A stretch of 64,000 nt of DNA from Cyanophora paradoxa CCMP329 (GCA_004431415.1 QPMI01000208.1:62001-126000); one strand, 5' to 3'; shown: positions 23,204 to 35,959, counted from the stretch's first letter. Made by a program: numbers and translations. The notes: generated by a model from the sequence alone, not told the origin.

Positions 23204-26200
23204 CTACGCGGGGGCGTGCTGCGCGCTGGCCCCCGGAATGGAGGCCGCGGCGACTGCCGGCCCGTCTGCCGGCGCCTTGATCACCTGCGGCGCAGCCGCC
23301 GCCGCGGAGGCGGCGGCCCCTGCGGCCGGCGCCGCCGCCTCGGCGGTCCGGCGGGCGCTAGCGGAGACCGGGGCGGAGGCAGGCGCCGCCGGCGGGTTGC
23401 TCCGCGGCGCGCGGGGCGCAGAGGCGGCGGGGCCCGTGGCCGGCGGCGGCGCGGCGCGGGCTGCGGCAGCAGCCTGGGCCGAGGCCGATGCGGCTGCGGC
23501 GGGGACGGAGGGCGGTGCGGGAGGGGGACGGGCCGGGCGGGGAGGCGGGGACGATGGCCGGGGGCGGGTTGAAGAGGGGGTTGGAGGCGGTGACGGCGTT
23601 GGAGGGGCGAGGAGCGGCAGCACACGGCTGCTCGTTGGCGAGCCCATTGGCGCCGCCACCCGCGCCCCGGGCCCGAGCCGGCCGCGGGGCGGGGCTGCCG
23701 CGGGGGCGCCGGCCGCGTGCGAGCCGGCGGCGGAGGCCGAGCGGGGAGGGCGGGGCGCTGGCCCGAGGCCGACCCGCTTGCGCGGTGCGTGGGCGAGAGG
23801 AGGACCGAGGCCGCGGGAGGCTCGGGCAAGGCCGCCTGCGCGGGCCCCGCCGCCGGCCCGCCGCCGGGGCGCAGCCGGAGCAGGGGCCGCAGGAACAGCG
23901 GCGGGCGCAGGGACCGGGCAGGGCGGGGGCGGGGGCGGGCGCGGGGGCGGGGCTGCGCCGGGAGCGGCAGCAGCCGAGGCAGCGGGGGCGGGGCGGGGCG
24001 GCGGCCTGGACGGGGGCGGGGCGGGGGGGAATCGGGGGCGGGGGCGGGGCGCTGGGGGCGGGGTGCTCCCCCTCGCGCCGGCCCTCCCGCTCCGAGGCCG
24101 GCTCGGAGCCGTCCCCCGGCTGCTGGTACAGGTATCTGCGCCCGCCCCGGTGAGCCCCCGCCGCGCGGAAAAGGGGCGAGAAGGAAATCAAAGGACCGGA
24201 GGAGGGCGCGCGAGGCCTGCGAGCGCCGGTCCGAGTCGGGCGGGGAGCGGCGCGGGGCCGGGGCCGGGGCGGGGGCCGGGGAGAGGAAGAAGCCGCCGCC
24301 CGGGGCGCGCAGGAGCTGCATGTCGCCGTGCAGCTGCGCGCCGCGCGCCAGGCCCACCCGCCACGCCGCGTACGGGTCCGACTCGTCCCCCGCGCGCTCC
24401 TCCTCTCCTCCCCCTCCTCCACCGCGTCCGCCGCGTACCCGTACGAGCCCAGTGCGTAGCCGTACCCCGCGGGGCGTACCAGCCGGCGAGCTGCCGGGGC
24501 CCGCCGCCGCCGTACGCGGCGATGGCGGCCGCCGCCTGCGCCCGCCGCGCCGCCCGCGCGCGCTCGCGCCGCTCGTAGAGCGCGGCAGCGGCGGAGGCGG
24601 AGGCGGCCTCAGCGGCGGCGGCGGCGGCGGCGCGGCCGTTGGCGCGGGGCCCGCCGTAGGCGTAGTAGGCGGCAGCGGCGGCGGCCTCGGCGTCGCGTTC
24701 GGCGTCGCCCTCGCTCCCCTCGCCCTCCTCCGCCTCCGCCTCGTCGTCGGCGGCGTGCGCGTGCCCGCCGGCCGCCCACAGCGCCTCCGAGTGGCACGCG
24801 CACGCGCACAGCTGGTCCCCCGCGCACTCGTACGCGCACTCGCAGTAGATCGGCATCGCCGCCCCCGCGTTCAGGTGCTGGCCCCCGCTCGCCTCCTCCT
24901 GCGCGGCCCCGGAGCCCGGCGGCGTCAGTCCGGCGGGGCGGGGCGCGCCGGGTGCTGGCTGAGAAGGGCCGGCGGACCTCGTCGGCGTCGGGGATCGCGG
25001 AGGGGAGGAGGCTCTCGTCGTAGCCGAAGCGGCTCGCGGCGGCGAGGCGGAGCGAGCGGCGCAGGGCGCGCCGGTAGGGCACGGTCAGCGCCGAGCCGGC
25101 CTCGCCCTCCCCGTACCCCTCGTCCGCGTACTCCTCGCCGCCCTCCTCGGCGCCGCTGTCGCCGGCGAGGAGCCGCTGGTGGTGCGCGGCGACGTGCGCC
25201 GCCGCGGCGGCGGCGATCCGCCGGCGCGTCAGCTCGCCCTCCTCCGCCGCCTCCGCGTCGCCCTCGCCGTAAGCCTCCTCCTCGCCCTCCTCGCCGTCCC
25301 CGCCGCCGTAGTGCAGCCGCTGCGCCGCGTAGGCCGCCGCCGCCGACACCGCGCCCCGCTGAGCCCGCCGCCGCTCCTCCTCCTCCTCGCCATCCTCTTC
25401 TCCCTCATCTTCTTCCTCTTCCCCGGCCGCTACGAGAGCCCCGGGCTGCGCGCGCGCGGGGGCGGGCGTCAGCGCCAGAACAGAGAAGAAGGAGCGAGAA
25501 AGGAGCGGGGGCGCGGCCGGCGCACCGGGAGGTGCGGGTAGAGGAGATGCGCGGCATGGAGGTGCTCGGCACGCTGCAAATAGCCGCCGCGCACGCGCTG
25601 CATCGCCAGCTCGAACTCCACCTCGGGCGCGCCTTCTCCCATCTCGTACCAGTACGCGTCCGCCGCCGCCTGCGCATGTCCCTGGTACATCTCGAGGCCG
25701 CCGCTGCCGTACAGCCAGTCACCCTGCTCCTGGAAACGGCAGTCTGCGGCGAGCGCGCCCGATTAGCTAAAGAAGGGGCGTGAAACGCGCGGGGTGAGCG
25801 TTTCCGCGCACTCGGGCACTCCATGATCCCCTTCGCGTTAAAAGCAGAGCCAACACAGTCAAGGTGGAACTTGTGTGCGCAAGCAAGAGTTGCCACGCCG
25901 CGAGTCGACGTTGAGCCTGGCACGACCGCCAGGATCTCATCCAGGCAAATGGAGCAGGTGTCATCGTGCCCCGCAGACGGTGCCGCGGACACGCTTGCCG
26001 CCGAGACGAGTCCAGCGGACAGCGGTCTGGTTCTGTGCTCTGAGGAGTTCGCGGCGGCGCCCGCAGCGCCCGCGCCGCCCGCGGCGCTCGACCCATGTCC
26101 AGCTATTCCTTGGGTCGAGGACGAAGCAGGGACCTGCAGGCTATTGCTCGCCGGCTCGTGATGCTGCCCCCTTGCTGACGGGGGCCTCGCAGAGCTCGCT

Positions 26201-26514
26201 CTCACGCTTGAGGATGCCGCGGGGGGAGGGGCTGAAGCCGACGAGGATGCCGCTGCCTGACCAGACGATGAGGAGGCCGTCGGCGGTCGGGGCGCGGCCG
26301 AAGAGGACGACGCCGACGCGGAGGAAGACGAAGACGGCAACAGCACGGGCTCAACGCGGAGCCTGGCCAAAGCTTCTCTGAGGTTGGGGGAAAGCACCGA
26401 GGCACTTAATGAAGCACTGTGGCCGGGATTGGTGGTCGCTAGGGCCTGCCTGCTGGAGAAGCTCGGCTGCCGCTGCTGCGCAGCTGGCGCTTCTCCTTCC
26501 CCAGGGGCGCTCAT
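23204..26514 (-). CDS. RING-H2 E3 ubiquitin ligase, RFI2/IPI1-like; 3' structure uncertain
   Basis: CSICL..LACAHKFHLDCVGSAFNAKGIMECP[intron]NCRFQEQGDWLY matches the plant RFI2-family RING signature as I recall it. The remainder is low-complexity. Confidence 0.75.
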
Positions 26515-26590
26515 CGCGGCGCCGATGATGGCTTCAGCAAGCTCGCTGACCCCGCCTAAATTGCGTACTGGGACGGGTACCACTTCGAGA

Positions 26591-26654
26591 AGCTGAAGCT
26601 GCAAACTCGCAGCTGAAGCTGCAAACTCCTTCCCGCAGCTGAAGCTGCATACTC
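26591..26654. promoter_or_regulatory. Three copies of AGCTGAAGCTGCA(A/T)ACTC in the divergent RING/P4-ATPase intergenic region
   Basis: Copies at 26591, 26611 and 26637, inside a 225 bp ATG-to-ATG gap. Regulatory role is inferred. Confidence 0.45.
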
Positions 26655-26739
26655 GAGAAAGAACAAGAACACGCTCGTGGTATTGCAGAGGGCAGCCCCC
26701 GCACGCGAGATGCTCAGTCGTACCTAGCCGTCTGGAAAG

Positions 26740-29700
26740 ATGGTGGCACCAGGGGCCCCCTCGGGGGCCCCTTACAGTTTTTACATTAACAGTCCCTCCT
26801 CGAATGCATCGCTACCCTATAGGTTCCCGAAGAACAGGTTCGCCCTCCGTTCAACATCTTCTTGAGCGCCAGCGGCGCCGTTGACGCGCCCCGGCGCAGA
26901 ATCTCGACCACAAAATACACGCTGCTCAGCTTCCTCCCCAAGAACTTGCTCCTGCAGTTCAAGAAAGCGTACAAGTGAGCCGCCTCGAGCGCTCGTGCTC
27001 CGCCTGCGCCGCCTGCTTCCTTCCTTCGCTGCAGCTGACGAATTGTGTTGTGACAGTCAATATTTCCTCCTCATTGTGCTCGCCCAGTTCCTGCCTGGCG
27101 TCTCCCCCGTCGACCCCGTGGTCAACATGCTGCCGCTAATCTTCGTGCTCGCTGTCACTGCAATAAAGGATGCCCTAGAGGATTACAGGCGCTACCGCGC
27201 CGATAAGGTGAGAAGTGCTTGCGGCGCCGCGCTCCGGGGATCAAAAGGCTCAGTGTCGTGCAGGTCACGAATGAAGCCGAGTACCTGGTGCTTCCCCGCG
27301 GCCAGCACCATCCAGGCTCGAAGCCGGAACATGTAGAGTGGACTCGGGTTCAAGCCCAGCGACTGCAGGTGCACCGCATCCGCCGCTCGCCACGCCCTCC
27401 CGTCTCAGCGCGCCTGCGCAGGTGGGCGACATCATCATGATAGAAAAGGAGCAGTTTCTTCCCGCGGATGTTCTGCTGCTGTCAACGGCGGATCCCGCGG
27501 GCACATGCTACGTTGAGACTGGGAACCTGGACGGGGAGTCGAATTTGAAGCAGATGCAGGCCGTCGCGGCCACGAACGAAGTCTTCCGCACGCCGGAAGC
27601 CTTCGCGACGGCCCGCGGTCGCGTTTTGTGCGCTCTTTCTTCGTTGGATTCCTTTTGCAGAGCCCTGACGCCCTTGCGCAGCTGCGACGAGCCGAACAAC
27701 TTGTTGTACCAGTTCAGCGGGCACCTTTGCCTGGAGAACGGCCTGAAACGCTCAAACAGCCTCGCCGCAAACCTGGGGACGCCGCTGTCGTCGGCGCGCA
27801 AGGCGGGGAAGGACCTGCCAATGACCGAGCAGCAGCTGCTGCTGCGGGGCGTTCGCGTCCGCAACACGCCCTGGGCCGCCGGCGTCGTCGTCTACACAGG
27901 CGCCGACACCAAGCTATCCCGCAACTCCCGCCTCCAGTGAGCCGCACCGCCCCTTCCTCTTCCGCTGCTTTTGCCAAGGGGCGCCCCGCAGCCCGCCGAT
28001 CAAGGTCGCGCACATGGAGCGGCAGATGAACCGCTACATCGTCTGGATTTTCATCGTGCAGGTAATTATATGCGTCGTCCTTGGTGCCTACTCGGGCAAC
28101 TGGCTGGCGGAGAACCGCTCCAAGTGAGCCGCGCTGGCGCCCCCGCGTCCGCCTTTCCACCTCCTGAGGCGCCGGTGCCCGAAGGGCGTGGTACCTCGCG
28201 GGGGGCGACAGCAACTCGCCGGCCGTCTTCGGGGTCCTCCAGGTCTGCCCGTACCCCCTCCGCGCCCCGCCCCCTCTCCGCGCCTGGCGCGAGCTTCCCG
28301 CCAGTGCATCACGTACTTCGTGCTCATCTGCCGCATCGTGCCGACCGCCCTCATCGTCTCCGCTGAGCTCGGTGCGGGCCGCCGGCGCCCCGCTGGCCGG
28401 CTCGCCTGACGGGGGCGGCAGTCCGGGTGGCCTCGGTGGCGTTCATGGAGTGGGACGTGCAGCTCGCGGGGGACCGGCGGCGCCCCTCGGAGACCCGCAT
28501 GCGCGTCAAGACCTCCAACCTCCTCGACGAGCTGCCCCGGGTCCCCCCCCCGCCCTCCCCTCCTCCCGCCCCCACGCCCCCTCTGAAGGCGGCCGGCGGG
28601 GCGCAGGTCGAGCACGTCTTCGCGGACAAGACGGGGACGCTGACGGAGAACCGGATGGTCTTCACGCGGGCCTGGGTGCCCCGCCCCGGGCGCTACTTCA
28701 GCGAGGCGGGCCCCGGGGGCCCGGGGTCGCTCTGGCGGGCCCTCTCCTCGGGCGAGAAGGGCGCCGACGCGGCGGCGGAGATGCTGCTCGCCATGGGCCT
28801 CTGCAACGCCGTCGTCCCCGACCCCAGCGCCAGCGCCCCCCACGAGCGCGCCGACGACGACTCGGGCGCCGAGGAGGAGGAGGAGGAGAAGGGCGGGCGC
28901 GCCGCTGCGCCGCCAGACGCTCCGGCGGGCCCCGCGGCGCCCGTCAGCATGAACCTGGAGGAGAGCCAGGAGTCGGGCCTGTCCGAGGGCGGGCCGCCCG
29001 TCAAGCTCATTCCCGCAGAGTCGAAGGCTGCGGGGCGCCTTTCGCCCCGCGGCGCCGCCGGCCCCGAGGAGCGGCCCGCGCCCCGCAAGCCGCTCAACGA
29101 CCCTCCCCGCGAGGGCCGCGAGGGGCCCGACCCCCCGACGCGTCCCCCCTCCGCCTACTCCCTCTACGCCCCCTCCACCGTCCCCGACACCGACGCCCTC
29201 GCCTCGGCCCCCTCGGCCCCCCCCGCCCTCGCCTCGGCCCCCTCGGCCCCCCCCGCCCGCAGCCCCGTACCCCCGCTCCCCGTCGCCAGCGCCCAGCGCT
29301 CGCCCCGGAGCTCCCCCCGCGCACGCGCCTCGGCCAGCCTACCCCCCATGTCTCCCCACTCGCTCGAGCCCATCCGCTGCCCCCCGCCCCTGCCGCTTAG
29401 CCTCGCCCCCGGGGGCCCCTCCCGCGGCCCTTCCCGCCCCGGATCGCCCCTCCACGCGGCGCCGGCGGCGCGGATGTCGCTGAGCGCAGAGCCGGCGGCG
29501 GGGCCGGCGCGTGCGGCGTCGGCGCAGCCGCCAGCGGCCTACAGCGGGCTCGTATACATGGGCCAGTCCCCGACGAGGTCGCCCTCGTCAAGGTTCGCCG
29601 CCCTCGCCCGTCCCGCGCGCCGCCGCCGGCGGCCGAGCGCGCGGCCGGCGCGCAGGCGGCGCGCACGAACGGCGTGACCCTCGTCGCCCGCTCCGCCGAG

Positions 29701-32510
29701 GCGGTCCGGGTCTCCTTCTTCGTGCGCCCCGCCCCGCCCGGGCCGCTGCTACCACCGGCGGCGCGCGTGACACGGCGTGGCGCGGGGGCGCAGGGCGTGG
29801 AGAAGGAGTACCGGGTGGTGGCGACCCTCAAGTTCACCAGCGAGCGCCGCCGCATGTCCACCGTCGTCCAGGCCCGCCGCCCCTCCCCCGCCCGCCCCGC
29901 CGGCCCCCGCCCCGCCCCTGACGGGCCTTGAGCAGGAGGTCGAGCAGGAGGGGGCCGAGCCCGGCCGCGTCCTTCTCCTCACCAAGGGCGCCGACGAGGA
30001 GATCATGGGGCGCCTCGCGCACCCCGCCAGTGCGCCCCGCGCCCCGCCCCGCGCCCGCCCGCCCCGCCCCGCCGCGGCGAGCGTGCTGTGCAGCGGCGGG
30101 CGAGGCGGCGGCCGTGGCGGAGGCAGGCGAGGCGGTGGCGCGCTTCTCGACGGAGGGGCTGCGGACGCTGCTCTGGGGCGCGCGGGAGATGCCGTCGGAC
30201 GAGTTCGGGGAGTGGCTGGCGCGCTACGAGGCGGCGGAGTGCATCGCGGAGCCGGCGGTGCGGGCGGAGCGGGCGGAGGCGCTGGCGGACGAGCTGGAGC
30301 GGGGCCTGCGCCTCGTCGGCGTCTCCGCCGTGGAGGACCGCCTGCAGCGCGGCGTCCCCGCCGCCATCGCCTTCCTCCGCGCCGCCGGCGTCCGCGTCTG
30401 GCTCCTCACCGGCGACATGCAGGCCCGCCCGCCCGCCCCTCCGCCACCCGCGCCCCGCGCCGCCCCGCGCTCACGCGTGGCCGGCGCAGGAGACGGCGAT
30501 CAACATCGCGCACTCGTCTCGGCTGCTGGCGCCGGGCATGGAGCTCCTCAAACTGCACGCCACCAGCGCCGAGGAAGCCCGCCAGCAGCTCGCCGAGTTT
30601 GCCGCGAAGGCACCCTCACCCGCCCCCGCTCCCGCGCGCCGGGCCGCCCCGCCCGCCGCCGCCTCTTCGGCGGGGGCGCTGCCGTCGTGCCCGACCCGCC
30701 GGGGCCGGTGACGCCGGCGAGCTCGTGCGGGGCGCCGACGACGGCTCCCTCGGCGGCGCGGCCGGGGCGGGCCCTGGTCGTCGACGGCCGATCCCTGGCC
30801 CTCGTCCTCGAGTCGCCACCCCTCACCGTGCGGCCTGCCCCGCGCCCCGCGCCCCGCCGGCGCTCTCACGCCGGCCGGCAGTCGATGCTGCTGGACGTGG
30901 CGCACGGCTGCGAGGCGCTCGTCTGCTGCCGCGTGACGCCGCTGCAGAAGGCGCGCGTGGTGCGGGCCGTGCGGGAGGCCGACCCTGAGCGCGTGCTGCT
31001 GGCGATCGGGGACGGGGCGAACGACGTGGGGATGATCCACGAGGCGCACGTGGGAGTGGGGATCCTGGGGAACGAGGGGACGCAGGCGGCGCAGGCGTCG
31101 GACATCGCGGTGTGGCGCTTCGCGGCGCTGCGGCGGCTGCTGGCGCTCCACGGGCGCCAGAACGCCCTCCGCATGGCCGCCCTCATCCACTCCATCTTCT
31201 ACAAGGACGTCCTCTTCGCCCTGCCCCTCCTCTGGTTCTCCCCCTTCATGGCCGCCACCGGCCAGGCCCTCTACGCCGACTGGATCTTCGCCGGCTTCGA
31301 CGTCGTGCGCCCGCGCCCCGCGCCGCGTCGCCCCGCGCGCGCGCGTCGACGGGCGCGCGCGGGGCCGGCGCGCAGGTCTTCACCTCGCTGCCGCCGATCG
31401 TCCTCGGCTGCTTCGAGAAGGACCTGGACGACTCGCTGGTGCCCCTCACCGAGCACCCCGCCGCCCTCCGCACCTTCCGCGACGACTTCCCCGTCCGCCA
31501 CCCCCGCGCCCCGCCCCCTGCGCCCCGCGAGGGAGGCGACCCCCGCCCGCCTTGCGCAGAAGCGCACCTTCTCCGCCCGCACCCTCGCCCAGTGGTACTC
31601 CGCCGCCGTCCTCCACTCGATCGGTGCCCCGCGCCCCGCCCCCGCTTCCCTTCCCGCGCACGCTGACGCCCCCGGGCACAGTGATCTTCTTCGGGGTTTA
31701 CCTGGGCGTGCGGGGCGGCGGCGAGGTCGTCAGCGGCGGCTCCACGCGCTCCCTCTACGACACGGTGCGCGGGCCGGCGGCGCCGCGCCGCGCGGCGGCC
31801 CCGCGTGAAGTGCGCGGCGGGGCGGCGCAGGGCGTGCTCGTCTCGACGGCCGGCATGCTCGTCATCCTCCTCAAGCTCGCCCTGCACACCATGGTCCGCC
31901 CCGCCCGCCCGCCGCGGGGCCGCGGGGCCGGGCGGCGATGGCGGGTGGGGGGGCAGCACTGGACGTGGGTGCACGCGGCGGCCTCGGCGGTCTCCTTCCT
32001 CGCCTACGTCGTCTGGATCGCCCTCGACTCCAGCGTCGGCGCCTCCCCGGGCTTCCAGGTGGGCGGGAGCCGGCGCCCGCCCGGGGCGCCGCGCCGAGCG
32101 GGGCGCAGGGGACGCTGCGGACGAGCGCGGGGGACGCGGCGACGTACCTGCTCGTGGTGGCGACCGTCTTCGCGGCCCTGCTGCCCGACGCCGCCGCCCG
32201 CTTCGCCCGCCGCAACTTCGCCCCCGCCCCCTGGGAGCGCCTCCAGGACGCTTACGCTGCCCTCGACGCGGGGCCGGCCTCGCCGCCGGCCTCGCCCGGA
32301 GCGCCGGGGACGGGCCGCGCGAGCGTCGCCCCCTCGATGGCGCACAGCGGGTCGACAGCGAGCGTGGGGACCCTCGCGGGGCGCTCCTCGGCGGGGCCCC
32401 TGCCCCGCACCCCGAACGCCAACATCGACCCCCTCCCCGCTGCTCCTGCGCCTGCAGCCAGAGCGGCTCCTCGCGGTCCTCCCGGCGAGGCCGCCGCGTA
32501 CCCGTCCTGA
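26740..32510 (+). CDS. P4-type ATPase (phospholipid flippase), many introns
   Basis: NRISTTKYTLLSFLPKNL, YVETGNLDGESNLK, DKTGTLTEN, FTSERRRMS, KGAD, EGLRTL, EDRLQ, WLLTGD, CCRVTPLQKA, GDGANDVGMI. Confidence 0.95.
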
Positions 32511-32698
32511 TCGGAGCTAGCCAGGCTGGCCCGGCGGACCAGGCCGCACGTACACGCAGACGGTAGGGTTGCCGCAAATCGCCCCCAATTAATTCGGAAA
32601 ATCGGATTTTCGATCGCCCACGCACACTGTTCAGAACGCTCTGTCCAGAACGCTCTCAGAGTCAGTTATGTACTTAGCAACTGGCAAAGCAATTAATT
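32462..32698 (+). repeat. Segment A (flippase 3' end and downstream); second copy at 36771-37007
   Basis: Direct sequence identity. Confidence 0.95.
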
Positions 32699-33158
32699 GG
32701 GGAAGGACCTCCTTCCCCTTCCCCCACTTGGGGGTGTTCGGGTGCCCACCCTAGGCCAAAATGAAATGTCCCGACCTCCCAAAAGCCCGGTTTTCTCGCC
32801 GGATCCTAGCAAGGCATGCCCCTAGGAGACCGGGAACATGTCTTGGGAGATCCGGGTCCCGTCGGGTCGACCAGGAATGGGCAATAACACATTTTCAAAA
32901 AATGCAATCTAGCGCCTCACCAAGTGGCGGTATATCTGCCGGACCGAGTGCGCCTGAATGCGCCTGATACGCCCGATGATTCATGTCATACATGCCGAGA
33001 CCGGAGGGGCAGAGGGTGGCCCGCTAGGCCGCCTCAAGTACCTGTTGTACCGGGCGCCGAAAAAAAGCGCTCCTGCGAGTTTGAGGAGATCGAGTCTCGA
33101 ACGCTCCGGATCCGTGGCCGTACCCTAGAAACTAGGGCCTGTGCGACGCAGTTGAGCA

Positions 33159-33497
33159 ATGCCTCCGCCGACCGGCTCGGCGGCAGTAGCCGCGACGGAG
33201 TATGAGCTCTGTCTGGAGCCCTGTCACGACCCGCGCGGCTGCCATCCGGGCTGCAGATGCGTTCGATGCGGGAAGCACTTCGCTCGTCCGGACAACGTGT
33301 ATCGGCACGTGCGAGAGTGTCGGAAGAAGGCGCCTGCGACGCCGCGTTCCGGTGCGCGCCGCTTGGCCGAGTGTGCGCCGATGGTTCTGACTGCCCCGCG
33401 CCTGCCGCCCGCAGATCCGAGCTCGGCGATTGCGATGTCTTCAAACATGTCGCTCTCTTGCTCGGTTTCTGATGGACTCCGGTTCAAGCAGATCTAG
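33159..33497 (+). CDS. Small zinc-finger (C2HC/C2H2-like) ORF carried inside the TIR element
   Basis: CVRCGKHFARPDNVYRHVREC, with a possible in-frame intron at ~33352-33414. Confidence 0.5.
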   Translation: MPPPTGSAAVAATEYELCLEPCHDPRGCHPGCRCVRCGKHFARPDNVYRHVRECRKKAPATPRSGARRLAECAPMVLTAPRLPPADPSSAIAMSSNMSLSCSVSDGLRFKQI

Positions 33498-33689
33498 ACT
33501 CCTGCTCGGCGTTGTCTAGCCCTTCAAGCGCCTCGAGCACGCACGCGCGCGCACGCACGCGTGTCTTGACTCGCGCGCGCGCGGCCAGCGACCCGCGCCG
33601 TAGCAGATGGAGGCGGCGTCGCAGTATTCGCAGCTGCTCCTAGCACGCCGCGCCTCCAGGGCCCGCGCCGCGCGCCGCTCTCCAGAGCG

Positions 33690-34335
33690 CGCTGACGCCT
33701 CGGCTCTGCCGATCCACCCGCTTCGATCGAATTCCCCGTCAGGTTCGTCGACTCCAGGTTCGCCCCGCCGCTGCTGCGCATGCTACGCATCTCACCCGGC
33801 TGCTGGCGCTGGGCCCCGCCCCCGCGCCGCCGCTGTACAGCATGTCTGGCGCGAGCTGATGGCTCGGCCTTGCGCAGGCTATGTGCAGGGCCCGGCGCCA
33901 CCTGCCGCCCCTCCCGCTTCCTCGCCCGCCCCCCCGCAGGCTACTTCAGCTTCGAATTCCCGCCCGCCGGATGCTTCAGCTTCGTCGACTCCAGGTTCGC
34001 CCCGCCGCTGCTGCTGCGCACCTGGCCCGGCCGCCCCGCCGGGTCCCGTCCCTCACGGCCTCTGTCCGGGGCGAGCTGACGCCTCGGCTCTGCGTATGTG
34101 CAGGCTATGCGCAGGGCCCGGCGCCACCTACCTCTCCCCTGCTTTCCCGCCCGCCGCCCGCCGAATGCTTCAGCTACGTCGACTCCAGGTTTGCCCCGCC
34201 GCTGCTGCTGCGCACCTGGCCCGGCCGTCCCGCCGGGTCCCGCCCCCTCACGGCCTCTGTCCGGGCGAGCTGACGCCTCGGCTCTGCGTATGTGCAGGCT
34301 ATGCGCAGGGCCCGGCGCCACCTACCTCTCCTCCC
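33690..34335 (+). repeat. About 3.5 tandem copies of a ~190-230 bp unit with intron/micro-exon-like signals
   Basis: GCGAGCTGA..GCAGGCTATG.GCAGGGCCCGGCGCCACCT at 33851, 34071, 34265. GTCGACTCCAGGTT at ~33747, 33984, 34178. Confidence 0.85.
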
Positions 34336-35959
34336 GCCGCTGCTTTCCCGCCGCCGCCGCCGCCGTCCGCCTCGCCACCCCACGTGCACCCGCCCGCCTC
34401 GCCACCCCGCCCGCCTCGCCCGCCCGCCCGCCTCGCCTTTCTGGCCCCCCCCCCTCACCCCCCCCACCCCCAGTACCCTGCAATGTGTACAAGTACCCCC
34501 CTTGCACCCGCGGCCCGCACTTGGCGCACTTGCACAGGGCCAGGCGCAGTCTGCTTTGATCCAGACTCTAATTCGTAATTGTCAACTACATAGCTAAACC
34601 TGCCCGTTCCTGCTCGGAATTTAGAGGTCCTTCCCCTCCAACAGGGCCACTGCGACAGCAGTGTCCCTGTTCCGTTCATTATAAAAAGGGCCACTGACTT
34701 GCCGCGCGCGTCAGTTGGGTCCGGGGAAGGGCATTTAACCTCGGCGAATCCAAGATCTAGATGCAGAGGGCAGCTGCAGGGACTTAAACTAGCGCTTAAG
34801 CTTAAGAAGGCGCGCGCGCGGTGGCCGGGCGAGCCGCTGGGCCGGCTCCGGCCGAGGCTGGCCATGCCAGGCGAGCTCAGCGGCTGCAGCTGTCCTCGCG
34901 ATCGAGGCGAGCTGTCCTCTTAGAGGTAGGCCTCATGATCAGGGCCTAGCGAGCTAGCTATAGCTATGTAAGGCGCGGGCCGGGCCTTGGGACTCCGGGA
35001 AGGGGGAGGGAACCTTGTCTGGCCATGGACGTGCTCGAGCTCCTGCAGCTGCCAGGCTGCGCATGCCCCGCGGCCGTCGCGCGCGGAGGCGTGGCGGGTG
35101 CACGAGTGCGCATGTGCTGCGGGTGCACGTGCGTCACGGCGCGCGTGGCTATAGCTACATAGCTAGCTATAGGGGCTGGCCGGCGCCTCGGCCTCCGCGC
35201 GATCTGGGCGCGGGCGCGGGGACGCTGCTCAAGCTCACGTTCCGCTCAAAAAGCGGCGCAGCGGGCCAGCTCATGATCAGCGGCGCCGGCTGCAGCAGGC
35301 ATGCGCATCGCGCGCGCGCGGGGGCTCTGCGTCGCGCGGCGCGCGCGCCGCGCTGGCATCGGCTTGTTGCAAGTGGCATAGCCGGCCAAGTGCGGCCGGC
35401 TTGCGGCCGGCTTGTGCAATTGCGTCGGGGCGCGGTTGGCGCGGGTGAAGCGTGCGCGGCTGGCGCGGCTAGCCGCTGAGCCACAGCAAGCTGCCGCGCG
35501 CGCGAGAGGCGTAACCATTGTTGAGCCGAGCCGAGCTGCGGCGCCCGGGGGAGAAAGCGGCCGGGGGGTACTTTAAGAGGTTTCTCAGGGTAAGTTAACT
35601 GACTCTCCAATGTGATTGGCTAGCGCGCGCGGCGTCCTCCCACGCGACCGCGCTCGCGCCCGGCCTTGCGCTTGCAGTACGGAATGTCGAACATGATGCG
35701 CGCAACGACCTCGAACTGGTCTGGCCCGTATATCTGCTCCCTGTGCGTCGCTGGACCCATTTTTGTCCCGGGTGTTGGTGCCTGTTCCTGGATCACCCTT
35801 TGGTCGGACGGGACCGGGAGACATGGTTTCGGGGTCCCCTGGGGATGCGCTTTCAGGGTGTACCGCGCGGCCCCGGTTTTGCGGAGGTCGGGGAAATGGG
35901 ATTTGGGGTAGGGTTGGGCCCAAGGGACAGGGACAGGGGAAGTGTTTTACCCTTCCCCA

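Noticed and set aside
29560-29595. Frameshifts suggesting pseudogenes (flippase QSPDE; also ~12885, 42375, 42750, 44470)
   Set aside because: Each is a single missing base in a C/G run within otherwise intact genes, so systematic long-read consensus error is more likely than decay or programmed frameshifting.
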